From Squalus acanthias (Eukaryota): 64,000 bases of DNA. Positions 1-12,505 of the stretch are shown one piece after another. The stretch's first letter is position 1, and every line of letters begins with the position of its first letter. The translations under genes and the position numbers were made by a program. The stretch lies in assembly GCA_030390025.1 (NCBI GenBank), contig CM059432.1, positions 130,264,001 through 130,328,000 on the forward strand, given 5' to 3'. The notes beneath the pieces were generated by a model. That model was not told the origin of the DNA, made no database searches, and worked only from the letters and a program-made list of their open reading frames with translations.

Positions 1-809
1 CTTCACCTTACCCCGTTGGAGGAGATGGTGCTGGCCATTCTTGGCAGGGGCATGGCTGAGCCCCTGGCCAGCGGCAGGGCTGAAAGGATACAAGATGTTG
101 GTATCATCATACGTTATCCTCCTTCTCGCGTGTACCTCTTGCTTTCCCGCCCTCCCCTCACCACAACTCCACCCTTGTGCCTTCCTCATTTCACACCCCC
201 AAGAAATGCAGCCTGCCCAGCCAGTGTGTTCCTAAGAAGAGGGAGAGGAGAGTGAAGAAGAAGAAGAAGAAACACCATCACTCGATCTCACACTCACAGC
301 CACCAGCTCCTCAAGGTCAACCAGCAAGGTCATTTGCAGTGTCCCCCACTGAAAGTCAGCAGCCTTCCACCAACCATGCTGCAGCCACTGGGGTAGCACT
401 GCATAACATCAGTAGGATAGGCAAAGGCACACACAAGATAGTCACTAAGAGAATGCACAAGGATAATTAGTTGATTTGTTGATGTCATATTGGATGGATA
501 GATGTATAAAGTTGGATTGGAAAGTTTGCTTTGTGGTGGCTTTTATTTCAGCATTGTGGTCAAGAGGACATTGTGATGGTCAATAACAGAGGGAAGGTAA
601 GGGGTGGGACAAATGTTGAAAGTGAATTGGGATTGTGGTCACTGATACCGCAGGCGGATGATTCCATCCCAGATATCCCAGCCAGAAAAGGGCTGTCTGG
701 GTTGCATCCTTCCTTCTGCTTCCTCCTGTTCTGCTTCCTCCTCTTTTGCTTCCTCCTCTTCTGCACCTTCCTCTTCTGCATCTTCCTCTTCCCTCGGCGA
801 GTGGACACT

Positions 810-945
810 GTAAATCTGAAATAAAAGCATAAAATGCAGGAAATACTCAGCAGGTCAGGCAGCATCTTGACCTCAGACGTGAACTCTGTTTCTCTCTCCA
901 CAGATGTTGCCTAACCTGTTGAGTATTTCCAGCATTTTCTGTCTT
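810..945. mobile_element. Palindromic (fold-back) Penelope-like terminal fragment
   Basis: Arms 831-867 and 902-938 are inverted repeats of the same family as 6780-6850; the central ribozyme core is deleted or degenerate. Confidence 0.55.
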
Positions 946-1029
946 CTCAGAGGCCTTTCTTTACCATTCAAGGCCTTGTAAGTGTCCAGCAGCACTCCCT
1001 GCACACTTTATAAACTTTGAACATGCATT

Positions 1030-2707
1030 ACAAAGGATCTGGTAAGAGGGAGGAGCTGAGGGAAATCCTTATCAGTCGGGAAAAGGTGTTGGGGAAATTG
1101 ATGGGACTGAAGGCTGATAAATCCCCAGGGCCTGATGGTCTGCATCCCAGAGTACTTAAGGAGGTGGCCTTGGAAATAGTGGATGCATTGACGATCATTT
1201 TCCAACATTCCTTAGACTCTGGATCAGTTCCGAAGGAGTGGAGGGTGGCTAATGTAACCCCTCTTTTTAAAAAAGGAGGGAGGGAGAAAGCAGGGAATTA
1301 TAGACCGGTCAGCCTGACATCGGTGGTGGGTAAAATGATGGAATCAATTATTAAAGATGTCATAACAGACCATTTGGAAAGTGGCGACATGATAGGTCCA
1401 AGTCAGCATGGATTTGTGATAGGGAAATCATGCTTGACAAATCTTCTGGAATTTTTTGAGGATGTTTCCAATAGGGTGGACGGGGCGGAACCAGTAGATG
1501 TGGTGTATTTGGACTTTCAGAAGGCCTTCGACAAGGTCCCACACAAGAGATTGGTGTGCAAAGTTAAAGCACATGGGATTGGGGGTAATGTGTTGACGTG
1601 GATTGAGAACTGGTTGGCACACAGGAAACAAAGAGTAGGAGTAAATGGGTACTTTTCAGAATGGCAGGCAGTGACCAGCGGGGTACCGCAGGGTTCGGTG
1701 CTGGGGCCCCAGCTGTTTACATTATATATTAATGATTTGGACGAAGGGATTAATTGTAATATATCCAAATTTGCGGATGACACTAAATTGGAAGGCAGTG
1801 TGAACAATGAGGAGGATGCTAGGAGGCTACAGAGTGACTTGGACAGGTTGGGTGAATGGGCAAATGTATGGCAGATGAAGTACAATGTGGATAAATGTGA
1901 GGTTATCCACTTTGGTGGTAAAAATAGGGAGGCAGACTATTACCTGAATGGTGGCAGATTAGGGAAAGGGGAGGTGCAACGAGACCTGGGCGTCATGGTA
2001 CATCAGTCACTGAAGGTGGGAAGGCAAGTGCAGCAGGCAGTCAAGAAAGCAAATGGCATGATGGCCTTCATAGCAAGGGGATTTGAGTACAGGAGTAGGG
2101 AGGTGATGCTACAGTTGTACAGGGCCTTGGTGAGGCCACACCTGGAGTATTGTGTGCAGTTTTGGTCTCCTAACTTAAGGAAGGACATTCTTGCTATTGA
2201 GGGAGTGCAACGAAGGTTCACTAGATTGATTCCTGGGATGGCCAGACTGACATATCAAGAAAGACTGGATCAACTGAACTTGTATCCTCTGGAGTTCAGA
2301 AGAATGAGGGGGGATCTTATAGAGACGTTTAAAATCCTGACTGGTTTAGACAAATTAGATGCGGGCAGAATGTTTCCAATGTTAGGGAAAACTAAAACCA
2401 GGGGTCACAGTCTAAGAATAAAGGGGAAGCCATTTAAGACTGAGATGAGGAGGAACTTCTTCACCCAGAGAGTGGTGAATCTGTGGAATTCTCTACCACA
2501 GAAGGTTGTTGAGGCCAGTTCGCTAAATATATTCAAAAGGGAGTTAGATATAATACTCACAACTAGGGGGATCAAGGGGTATGGCGAGAAAGCAGGAATG
2601 GGGTACTGAGGTAGCATGTTCAGCCATGAACGCATTGAATGGCGGTGCAGGCTCGAAGGACCGAATGGTCTACTCCTGTACCTATTTTCTATGTTTCTAT
2701 GTTTCTA
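1030..2707 (+). mobile_element. 5'-truncated CR1 LINE with an uninterrupted RT-domain ORF (1017-2609, 530 aa)
   Basis: [57 protein letters not shown]1 3' UTR ending in (TTCTATGT)n at ~2687-2707. Confidence 0.95.
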
Positions 2708-4206
2708 CACCAAGCCACTACTTCAATAAAATAGTCCAAAATCTTAAATGCAAACTTACCTGAAAGATGTGTGTGTCCTTTAAAGAGGTGATGACAGCAA
2801 CTTTATCAGTCTGCTGAACGCTGAATTTTCATGGCAAGCTTAGAACCCAGCACTGAACTCAGCGCCTAGGTCGAAGTTCGCTGAGGTGAGATTAAGTTGG
2901 CGTGCACACTCTTTTAATTTACATTTCCACGGGCCGCGCTGCTATTGGGAGCGCTAAGGTCCTCACCAAAATGGCGGCCGCCGAGTCCCGCGCCTGAGAA
3001 GGGTGATAGAGTGGCGGCCGCGATTTTTCGACCAGATCGCGGCGGTAACTCATGGCAGTAGGTGGCCTAATTTCTAGGCCATAGTGTTTATATTCTTCTA
3101 CCTACTGAAGATGAAAGGATTATGTGGTGAGCATGTGATATATTTCAGTAAATCAGAGCACAGTGACAAGGGTTCTCTGTTCAATCCCTGAGTATCATTA
3201 CATTCACCTAGATTTTGGGCAGGTAAAGGCAACCTCTGAATCGTAAGGGATGTGATTTCTGATAATGGGAGTGGCCGGTGATGAACCCAAGGAAATATTC
3301 AGTGTAAAAACCTAAAAACAGAGCACATGCACAAAGGACTTGGGCCCAGATATCACCCTCCCTAAGCCCTACTGAGGGGAAAAGGTCATTGAGACCTGTT
3401 CTGTCAGATCTTGCGTGCCCCCCCGCCCCTCCTTTACATTACCCTATAATTTCCGTGATTTCCCCAGACACGAGTTCTTGGCCCTGAACCTAAAACAGGC
3501 ACGGGGCCAGTGCTGCTGAGGTTATGAGGTGGGAGGGTGTGTTCCCAGTCCACCACCTCACATTCCTGTTGCCCAAAGAAGCTGCCAGTGGGTCTTGCAC
3601 CTGGCAACCCCTCAGGTTGGATGGTATAAGGGAGGCGGGCAGCAGGGCAAGGGCAGTTGCACAGGTAAGTGCTCCCTTTCGCTTGCAACCTCTCAACAGT
3701 TCAGGCCTGTGGCTCGTCTGGCTGTGATTCTCCAACAGCACCTCGAAAGCCCCAAGGGTAACATGTAGCCCCACAGCTACAGGCCTCTCAGGCTGCGCTT
3801 CTGTTTCCAGACTCGTTTCTTGGTACAGGGCCCTGCCAGAGAGTGGGCCTGTCTCGGGGGCTGTGATCATACCACGCTAATGACCTGGGCCACCAATTTT
3901 GGGCCCTCCAAGGCCTGGACAGGTCGACTGCACATTAGCTGCATCCCTGCTGTCCATTGCCCAGGCAAGAAGTCAAGGAATAAGCCTTGATGTGCTTACG
4001 TAGCACTTAAATAGGCTGCGTAATCCTTTCTATGCAATATTCATTTATTCGGGACTTGGCAATGAAGAGGAGAGGAATGGAGATCAATTAAACAGAAGGG
4101 TGGAAGCATTTGTACAAAATCTCAGTCGTGGTGTTGAAGCTCTGGTGATACAGTCAGCCATTTAGTTTAGCCTAAAATATGTCAGCTCTGGCTCCTGGTC
4201 TCATGA

Positions 4207-5249
4207 TAAGGTTGCCAACCCTCCAGGATTGCCCTGGAGTCTCCAGGAATTGAAGATTAATCTCTAGGACACCGCTGTGAACAACCTTGACATTCAACGG
4301 CATTACCATCGCCGAATCCCCCACCATCAACATCCTGGGGTCACCATTGCCCAGAAACTTAACTGGACCAGCCACATAAATACTGTGGCAACAAGAGCAG
4401 GTCAGAAGCTGGGTATTCTGCGGCGAGTGTCTCACCTCCTCACTCCCCAAAGCCTTTCCACCATCTACAAGGCACAAATCAGGAGTGTGATGGAATACTC
4501 TCCACTTGCCTGGATGAGTGCAGCTCCAACAACACTCAAGAAGCTCAACACCATCCAGGACAAAGCAGCCCGCTTGATTGGCACCCCATCCACCACCTTA
4601 AACATTCACTCCCTCCACCACCGGCGTACCGTGGCTGCAGTGTGTACCATCTACAAGATGCACTGCAGCAACTCACCAAGGCTTCTTCGACAGCACCTCC
4701 CAAACCCACGACCTCTTCCACCTAGAAGGACAAGGGCAGCAGGCGCATGGGAACACCATCGCCTCCAAGTTCCCCTCCAAGTTACACATCATCCTGACTT
4801 GGAAGTACATCGCCGATCCTTCATCGTCGCTGGGTCAAAATCCTGCAACTCCCTCCCTAACAGCACTGTGGGAGTACCATCACCACACGGACTGCAGCGG
4901 TTCAGGAAGGCGGCTCACCACCACCATCTCAAGGGCAATTAGGGATGGGCAATAAATGCTGGCCTTGCCAGCGACACTCACATCCCAGGAAAGAATTTTT
5001 TTTAAACCTAGGAGAGTTATAAAAATATTAGAGATGGGAAAAAAACTTTGACTGACAGCCAAAACAATCATCCAATCAGGTAACGAAGAGTCTGTTCGCT
5101 TTTCAATTGGCTGCGGGAAGGTGGTGCGTCACGAGAATGGACATGTCGGGTGACCAATGGCGGGAGTGTGGGGGCGGGGCGGGGCAGGTGGAGGGAGATC
5201 ATGTGATGAAACCTGCAGGAATACATCCAGCCAGAGTTGGCAAACCCTA
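4207..5249. mobile_element. hAT (Blackjack-like) MITE split by a LINE insertion
   Basis: TIRs taaggttgccaac / gttggcaaaccta; degenerate 8-bp TSD tctcatga/tttgatga; same family as 13587-13931 and 15428-15779. Confidence 0.75.
4286..5003 (+). mobile_element. 3' fragment of a second CR1/L2-group LINE family
   Basis: ORF 4277-4942 KLNWTSHINTV...TIYKAQIRSVMEYSPLAW (post-RT domain); tail gggatgggcaataaatgctggccttgccagcgac. Confidence 0.85.
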
Positions 5250-6380
5250 TTTGATGAGACAACTGTGATCTGTTGGAACCAAATTCTGGGAGTCTGTGCT
5301 TTTTTCCATGGAAACAGTAAACCAGTGGCCTAGGTTACAACTCTCAGTGAGCACAGCCCACACAGCGCTGTCAGTCTCTGTGGAAGGAAATCTTATTGCA
5401 ACACTCCCAAATTACAGCAGCAACAAATCGAAATATTTCTTGAAATGTCAAAACACCAACAGCTACTTAGAAATCCACCGAAAAACTTGACTTACGGAGA
5501 TGTTGTCACCGCTTTTGGGCTCGGCTCCTCTGAAAGGAAGGCCGCAATAGCCTGCTCCCAGAATTCTGCCGGAAACACATCGAACACTTTAAATGAGTCT
5601 GTTTGTTCATTTAAAAGGTAAAAGGTCCGAGCTGCAAACTCACAAACGAATGCTTGACACGGTCACAGTGCATTCCTCAGAATGTTCATTTTCTGCAGGC
5701 ATTATCATATTTATTTATTTTAAAACACCACACAGAAAAATGTAGTACGATCACATTAAGAGTTCTCTCACGTGACTTCAACAATCAGAAATCCTAGCCC
5801 ACATAGCCAAAGTGCCAATGTTTTTTGAGGGGTACCTGCGATCAATGCTTGTTCCCACCTAAACTTACAAACTGTTGAAGTGTCTTGCAAGGATAATACT
5901 GACCCATATTATTTGCCCAAATAAGGTAATGATCTCCCATGAGCATGCGAGGGCCAGGGGAAGGGCCCCAACCTGTGGCTTAATGGTTATCACTAAAACA
6001 CAGCAGAAGGCACTAACTCTGCTGGAGAAAATTTAAATCAAGTGTTCCCACAATTTATCAGACAGTTGAAATTAGAGTCACTTTATCAAAGTGAGGTTTT
6101 AGAATTATGTTGTCAGTAAATGGGTTATTTTTTATTTACTGAAAGCTTTTTAAAGTTAAGGAAAACCTTTCCAACTTCCTAAAGCAGTCAAGCAAGCTTC
6201 AGGGGACAAGGGTAGGCCAAAAACTTATCATAAATGCAACTAACTAGCAACTTTTTTGCTTTTGTATCAGTGTTTAACTCACTGCCACTTCTCTTCCAGG
6301 AATGCCCACCTTGAAGAAGTTCTGTTCTTCTCTCTGATGGGATTCCCATTTGTCTCTCTTACCTTGTTTGATCTCTATTT

Positions 6381-6731
6381 CAGTGCTGCACTGTCGGAGG
6401 TGCCGTCTTTCGGATGAGACGTTAAACCGAGCCCCCGTCTGCCCTCTCAGATGGATGTAAAAGATCCCATGGCACTATTTCAAAGCAGAGCAGGGGAGTT
6501 ATCCCCGGTGTCCTGGCCAATATTTATCCCTCAACCAACATAACAAAAACAGAATATCTGGTCTTTATCACATTGCTGTTTGTGGGACCTTGCTGTGCGC
6601 AAATTGGCTGCCGCATTTCCCCCATTACAACAGTGACTCCACTTCAAATAGTACTTCATTGGCTGTAAAGCGATTTGGGACGTCCAGTAGTCGTGAAAGG
6701 CGCTATACAAATGCAAGTCTTTCTTTCTTTC
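6381..6731 (+). mobile_element. Deu-domain SINE (SacSINE1/AmnSINE-like), 5'-truncated
   Basis: Deu-domain core ggtgccgtctttcggatgagacgttaaacc...gtaaaagatcccatggcactattt...gtcctggccaat, plus L2-type tail gcgctatacaaatgcaagt(cttt)n. Confidence 0.8.
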
Positions 6732-6742
6732 TAACTTTTTCC

Positions 6743-6779
6743 AGTTCTGATGAAAGGTCATCGACCTGAAAAGTTAACT
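6743..6779 (+). ncRNA. Minimal hammerhead ribozyme copy with a mutated dimerisation palindrome
   Basis: AGUU CUGAUGA A AGGUC AUC GACCU GAAA AGU U AACU. Same family as 61970-62008, but ACGU has become AAGU. Confidence 0.55.
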
Positions 6780-6902
6780 CTGTTTCTCTCTGCACAGATG
6801 CTGCCTGACATGCTGAGTATTTCCAGCATTTTCTGTTTTTATTTCAGATTTACAACAGCCACAGTATTTTGCTTTTGTAACTAGCAACTTGCTCTCTATA
6901 AC

Positions 6903-7887
6903 TTTTTTTTTATTCGCTTATGGGATCTGGGCATCACTGGCAAGGCCAGCATTTATTGCCCATCCCTAGTTGCCCTTGAGAAGGTGGTGGTGAGCCGCCT
7001 TCTTGAACCGCTGCAGTCCGTATGGTGAAGGTACTCCCACAGTGCTGTTAGGGAGGGAGTTGCAGGATTTTGACCCAGCGACGATGAAGGATTGGCGATA
7101 TATTTCTAAGTCAGGATGGTGTGTGACTTGGAGGGGAACTTGGAGGTGGTGGTGTTCCCAAGCGCCTGCTGCCCTTGTCCTTCTAGGTGGAAGAGGTCGC
7201 GGGTTTGGGAGGTGCTGCCGAAGAAGCCTTGGCAAGTTTCTGCAGTGCGTCTTGTAGATGGTACACACTGCAGCCACGGTACGCCGGTGGTGGATGGAGT
7301 GAATGTTTAAGGTGGTGGATGGGGTGCCAATCAAGCGGGCTGCTTTGTTCTGGATGGTGTTGAGCTTCTTGAGTGTTGTTGCAGCTGCACTCGTCCAGGC
7401 AAGTGGAGAGTATTCCATCACACTCCTTACTTGTGCCTTGTAGATGGTGGAAAGGCTTTGGGGAGTCAGGAGGTGAGACACTCGCCGCAGAATACCCAGC
7501 CTCTGACCTGCTCTTGTTGCCACAGTATTTATGTGGCTGGTCCAGTTAAGTTTCTGGTCAATGGTGACCCCCAGGATGTTGATGGTGGGGGATTCGGTGA
7601 TGGTAATGCCGTTGAATGTCATGGGGAGGTAGTTAGACACTCGCTTGTCGGAGATAGTCATTGCCTGGCACTTCTGTGGCGCAAATGTTACCTGCCACTT
7701 ATCAGCCCAAGCCTAAACGTCGTCCAGGTCTTGTTGCATGGGGGCATGGACTGCTTCATTATCTGAGGAGTTGTGAATGGTGCTGAACACTGTGCAGTCA
7801 TCAGCGAACATCCCCATTTCTGATCTTAAGTTGGAGGGAAGGTCATTGATGAAGCAGCTGAAGATGGTTGGGCCTAGGACACTGCCT
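6903..7887 (-). mobile_element. 3' fragment of the second CR1/L2-group LINE family
   Basis: ORF 6966-7661 is near-identical to 4277-4942; same tail, inverted. Confidence 0.88.
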
Positions 7888-7949
7888 AACGAAAAATATC
7901 ATCTTCTCTTGGGAACTTGTCAAGGTAAGTGTAAAATGTATTTTTTGTG

Positions 7950-8220
7950 GGACCCAAAGTACTCCTCTAGGTCTCAGAAGAAAGTTTGTCTGGTGCCTCC
8001 CCGTATCCAGTGAGAGCATTTGGGCAGGTGAGTCGTCTGTGTTAAAGTGGTGCACGATATTAAATAGGTGTCAGGTGTTGTCATCCGATTAGCGGCCCCA
8101 TATAAAGCCCATTTGGACAGTAAGGACTAGACCAGACCTAGCTGCACCCAGTCTGGTGGAAAGGATCTTGGCTGGTATTTTACAGTTGGTAATCAGTGGG
8201 GTTATAGGCCTTATGGAAGT
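7950..8220 (-). pseudogene. Ancient L1/Tx1-type ORF2 RT relic
   Basis: Minus frames give RPITPLITNCKIPAKILSTRL...VQMG and HHFNTDDSPAQMLSLDT, matching L1 YRPISLLNxDxKILAKILxxRL...DQxGF and ...LSLDAEKAFD. Confidence 0.6.
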
Positions 8221-8529
8221 GAAAGTAAGCGGTCTCATTACTGGATAGGACGTGGGGTTTGAAGCTCAGCTGTGGATCGACCAGGACAACATAGGATAAA
8301 CTTTGTGAGACTCCACGCCAATAGTAGGACCTCACAAAACTTATTCTTACACAAGTCAGAATTGGTTAATTGGACGGTTCAGACCCTGGGCATGCAGGCA
8401 GATCATTTTTAAGTTTAGCATTTTAAGCACTGGGCTGCTGCATTGTATGCACAGTTATGCCCAGTTCTGTGGCTTGCTCTGGACATTGTCCACAAATAGG
8501 GGGGGGGGTTATCTCAGTTGAAGGCGGGG

Positions 8530-8624
8530 GTCCCTTTCCCTCAGTGGTATTGGTACTGTCCCTTTCCCTCAGTGGTATTGGTACTGTCCCTTTCCCTCAG
8601 TGGTATTGGTACTGTCCCTTTCCC
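8530..8624. repeat. 28-bp minisatellite, 3.4 identical copies
   Basis: gtccctttccctcagtggtattggtact at 8530, 8558 and 8586, with a partial copy at 8614. Confidence 0.95.
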
Positions 8625-9786
8625 CGCACCCTTGTGCTCCCAAATCCTATGGAGGTGGTTTCCCAGGGGTGCGTCGCCCTATTTCCGCATGTGCAACACC
8701 ATGTACATTTTTTCTTTAATATTGCATTTCCTCTCTCCCATTCCCATCCTTCTTTCAAGATCCTAATTTGCTTCCCGGCGGGTTATCCTGTTTGGGTCTC
8801 CAAGGGACCCTTCCCCAATGACAGCAGCACAGCATGCCTGGCAGGGGGTGACAGCAAAAAACAGGTTCGGGAGGAGGTGACATTGGTCGTCACTGGCAGT
8901 GCATCCCCTCTGCTGCTGCAGCTTAGCTTAGCTGCATGTGCCCTTGCGCCAGATGGCACAGATCTGCAGCTGGTACCGTACCGGCCTGGACCCTTCAGAG
9001 GCAGCCATCCTCAGGCATTGCCAAATAGGTGGGCCTGGGCTTGTAGATACAGTTGGTAGCAAATGGTGGGTGTGACCACTGCAGCTCTGGAGAGTGCTGA
9101 TTCCCTGGTGTGCCTTCTTTCACCATGTGTCACTTGAAATACTATCATTTGGGAGCATTTCACAACCAGCCCCATCACTAATTGAACTTGACTTGCCGAC
9201 TGTTGGGGATTCATCACGTCGACATCTTGTTCCTCCGAGAGTTAATATTGTTAAAAAAAAACCCTCCTTTTTAATGCCCCCTCTTTTTACAGCTCTTCCT
9301 CTTCTGCTTAAGTGTTGTAAATTCTTCGCTTGTAGTCAACTTTCTGGTGAATTAACAGACAACATTCAGCAACTGTACGTCCCACACCAACATAATGTTA
9401 ACAGAAAGAAAAAAAATTCTCCAAAATTTTTTTTTTTTAATTATCACTTTTTTCCAGGATCACTATAAGTGATTCACAGTAAGGGTTTGGTGAAAAAAAT
9501 GTGAAGGTTGCCAAATGCAACAGAAATGATAGCACATTTCACACTGGATGTGGCCCAGAATGCAGAAGGTGAACAGCAGTGAGACTGACAATTGAGAGTG
9601 CACAACCTGCAAGCTTTTAAATTATACAGTGCATTTTAAACATGATTTCATGTATATCACACATAATAAGGATGACATGAGGCAAGCTATTAAAAATAAC
9701 TTTTAACTTGCCTGAATTTAATCAACAAATTTAGCTTTAGCTACTTTATCCAATTTTATAGTCATTTAAAGTAATCAGTAATCGCT

Positions 9787-10635
9787 AAGAACATAAAAAC
9801 ATAAGAAATAGGAGCAGGAGTAGGCCACTTGGCCGTTCAAGCCTGCTCCGCTATTCAATAAGATCGCAGCTGAACTTCTACCTCAACTCCACCTTCCCGC
9901 ACGATCCCCACATCCCTTGATTCCCTTAACATCCAAAATCTATCAGTCTCTGTCTTGAATATACTCAATGACTGAGCCTCCACAGCCCTCTGGGGTAGAG
10001 AATTCCAAAGATTCACCACCCTCTGAGTGAAGAAATTTCTCCTCATCTCAGTCCTGAATGGCCTACCCTGTATCCTGAGACTGTGACCCCTGGTTCTAGA
10101 CTCCCCAGCCAGGGGAAACATCCTCCCTGCATCTACCCTGTCAAGAATTTTATGGCCTTGAAATTCATGAATGTCACAAAAGCTGCCGGTGCCATCGCAG
10201 GCGGGTGTTAACGGCCAGCGAAAATGGTCGCGCTGGCAGGACCGAAAAATTGGCGCTGGGAACTAATTAACATTAGCCCACCTCTTAACTCACCGTGCAA
10301 CGCTATCCTGCTGGCATTCTCCCGGCAGGAGGCCCCAATGTAGCGAGGCCGTAGCATCGTTGTACCTAGAACAGCCTGCTCTGAAAGCGAGGCTCTTATT
10401 TCAGAAAGCAGTGTCGGTCTCTTAAAGTTCGCAGATGTGGTGTCAAGTCGGCGTCACCCTCTCTTAATTTACATTTCCAGAGCCAGCACTGCTATCGGCA
10501 GCGCTAAGGCCCTCACCAAAATGGCAGCCGCCAGGTCCCGCGCCAGAGACGGGCGCCATTTCTCGCCAGGACAGCGGCGCAAATGGGTGGCGGTCAGCAG
10601 CCCAATTTTCTAGGCCAAAATGTTTCAATGAGATG
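9787..10635 (-). mobile_element. CR1 3' fragment interrupted by a Harbinger MITE
   Basis: ORF 9855-10121 MFPLAGESRTRGHSLRI...; the CR1 sequence aattttat|atgtttcaatgagat is split by the MITE. Confidence 0.85.
10154..10616. mobile_element. PIF/Harbinger MITE
   Basis: TIRs ggccttgaaatt / aattttctaggcc; its 3' 160 bp matches 2905-3080. Confidence 0.7.
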
Positions 10636-10729
10636 CATTTAATGTAATCACTGGTAAAGTAATGTGCCAATGCTTTGCTTAGATTATTTATTGCTACCTA
10701 TTGCAGAAATTCAATGCGTAGTGTATACA

Positions 10730-11546
10730 GCCCCGATTGTAACTCGGGGCGTGAGTGCAGCATGGTGTAGAGGCAGGGCAAGTGACAAACTAACATGGGC
10801 GTGTCAGGGTGAGGCCTGGGCCATTTTAACTCCCCGGGTTTCACCTTCATCCTGGAGCCGAGTCTTCTGCCCAAAGCCAGTGGAAATCGCTACCTGGCCA
10901 GCGGGAGTGGGATTTTGGGCGACAGAAAGCCGGCCAAGGGAAGGGCCCACAGCACTAAGGTAAGATGTCCTCAGGGTGTGGTCCGGAGGCAAGCGTGGCC
11001 AGGGGAGGGGGTGGGGGAAGGCCTGTGGTTTCCTGCTCCTCTTGGCCCACAAGGAAATTTGAAAAGACTTGCCCTTCTGGTCCTCTTCTGGCCCTGTATC
11101 CATCTGCCGTTAGCTTCCCCCGGCCATCCGGCAACGAGGGCAACTTGCGCGGCCTTGGGTTAAAATCGCTTCAGGGCCCAAATGACATTATCAGACCCCG
11201 ACTTCTGAATATTTAGCAGACCCTCGCCTGCCCGTGGCGAGCTCCGCACTCGCCTCCTGAAACCCGGGAGTTACATTGGCGATGGGCGGGAGAGAGGTGC
11301 AGACGGGATGGTAAGTACTCTGCCGCAATGCTCCCTCTCATTTTTCTTTCCTGCTCGGGCCCTTTTACTGGCTGCATGGTCCATTCAAATTTTCGTACAT
11401 GCGCAGTTTCTTCAATATAAAAGCCGGTGAGCGGCCTGCGCGGGACCTCCAGACCGCCGCTCGGCTGTGCAGCTTAGCGGGAACATTGCTCTGCCCCTAT
11501 TTTAACCCCCATTCTTGTCGGGCACGGGGCGCCTAAAATCGGGGCT
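10730..11546. mobile_element. GC-rich Harbinger-type MITE containing a nested hAT MITE
   Basis: TIRs gccccgattgtaa / taaaatcggggc. Confidence 0.55.
11326..11488. mobile_element. hAT MITE (CAATGTTCCC TIR family)
   Basis: TIRs caatgctccctct / agcgggaacattg; 8-bp TSD ctctgccg/ctctgccc. Confidence 0.75.
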
Positions 11547-12505
11547 TACAAAAGTGGCGAAACAAGTCCCCGACTGCTTGTGAAACCACCCAACGTGCTC
11601 CAGAAAGTCCACCTCTCCCCAAGACTACAAAGTGAATTCAGTGAATTCAGTCAGAAATGAGCCAATGTGAAAAATAATCAAGGGTACATTTCTGCCTTGG
11701 AGCCGCCCGAAAAATAATTTTACATTGTAATTTGCATATTAACAGGAGGACTACATGTGACAATTACTCCAGCAATTAAAATGTTGAAACTAGTTCTGTT
11801 TCAACACAAACTGCGCTAGTTGTAGCTGTCAGGCCACAAAGTTCAATTAAATATCAGTCACAGTCTAGCAGCTGGTGGAGAAACTCAGCTCGGTCATAAA
11901 CTACAGGTGTTGCTGGTTTAATAGATCTAATCAGTTGGGCACTGTGTCAATCACAATACATTTAATAAGATTCAATGGTCCGGATTTTGCGGTAATAATA
12001 ACGGTGAGGCTAGCAGTGTCTACAAAGGTGCCCTAACCAATATGGCGGGTGGCGCACTTCTGGTGCGGAATGAGCGTGTGCATGCTGCACACGATATTGG
12101 ACCCTTAGGCACCCATTTTACGTCTGTAAAATGGGCGCAGCACGATCCAATTTCAAGGCCAATGTCTTTCCTGGGTGCGTTAGTCATCATCCCTTTCCAG
12201 GTGATGGACGGCAATGGATGAGGGAATGGCATTTACAAACATCAAGTCCGGCCACATTTTGTGAATTGTCAGTCTTGCTATCAATTGGAGAAACCATTCT
12301 GGGAGATGTAGACACAGATACATGCTGGGACCTGTAGGCAATACATTGTAGGATCTCTTCAGCTGGGAGCGATAGCTCAGGGAAGCCCCATAAACTAAAT
12401 CCCTAGCTTTCTGAAAGAGTTACAGAAAATGTTGTTAGAGACTTTTAACATAGAAACTGCTATTGTGTAGGTAAGTTTAATCACTTTCTTGTACATTTTT
12501 ATCAC

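Larger units (their letters stand above)
1..3080. mobile_element. Degenerate PIF/Harbinger DNA transposon (left end outside window), interrupted by Penelope and CR1 insertions
   Basis: Plus 1-100 reads LTPLEEMVLAILG, resembling the tail of a Harbinger Myb/SANT protein. Minus 639-800 is an acidic poly-E ...RQPFSG...IIRLRYQ* stretch resembling a transposase C-terminus. Right TIR aatttctaggcc ends at 3080, and 2905-3080 is shared with the MITE at 10154-10616. Confidence 0.5.
6285..6880 (+). mobile_element. Penelope-like fragment interrupted by a Deu-domain SINE
   Basis: Hammerhead-bearing terminal segment at 6735-6880; the upstream part 6285-6380 is separated from it by the SINE. Confidence 0.5.

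Noticed and set aside
560..901. Lys/Arg-rich 113-aa ORF resembling a protamine-like protein
   Set aside because: It is an alternative frame of the 15-mer simple repeat that encodes the acidic tail of the transposon relic.
8530..8624. 28-bp direct repeats resembling a CRISPR array
   Set aside because: The repeats are head-to-tail with no spacers, there are no cas genes, and the context is eukaryotic; it is a minisatellite.
8457..9059. 200-aa plus-strand ORF
   Set aside because: No recognisable domain, partly made of the minisatellite, and no splice context.
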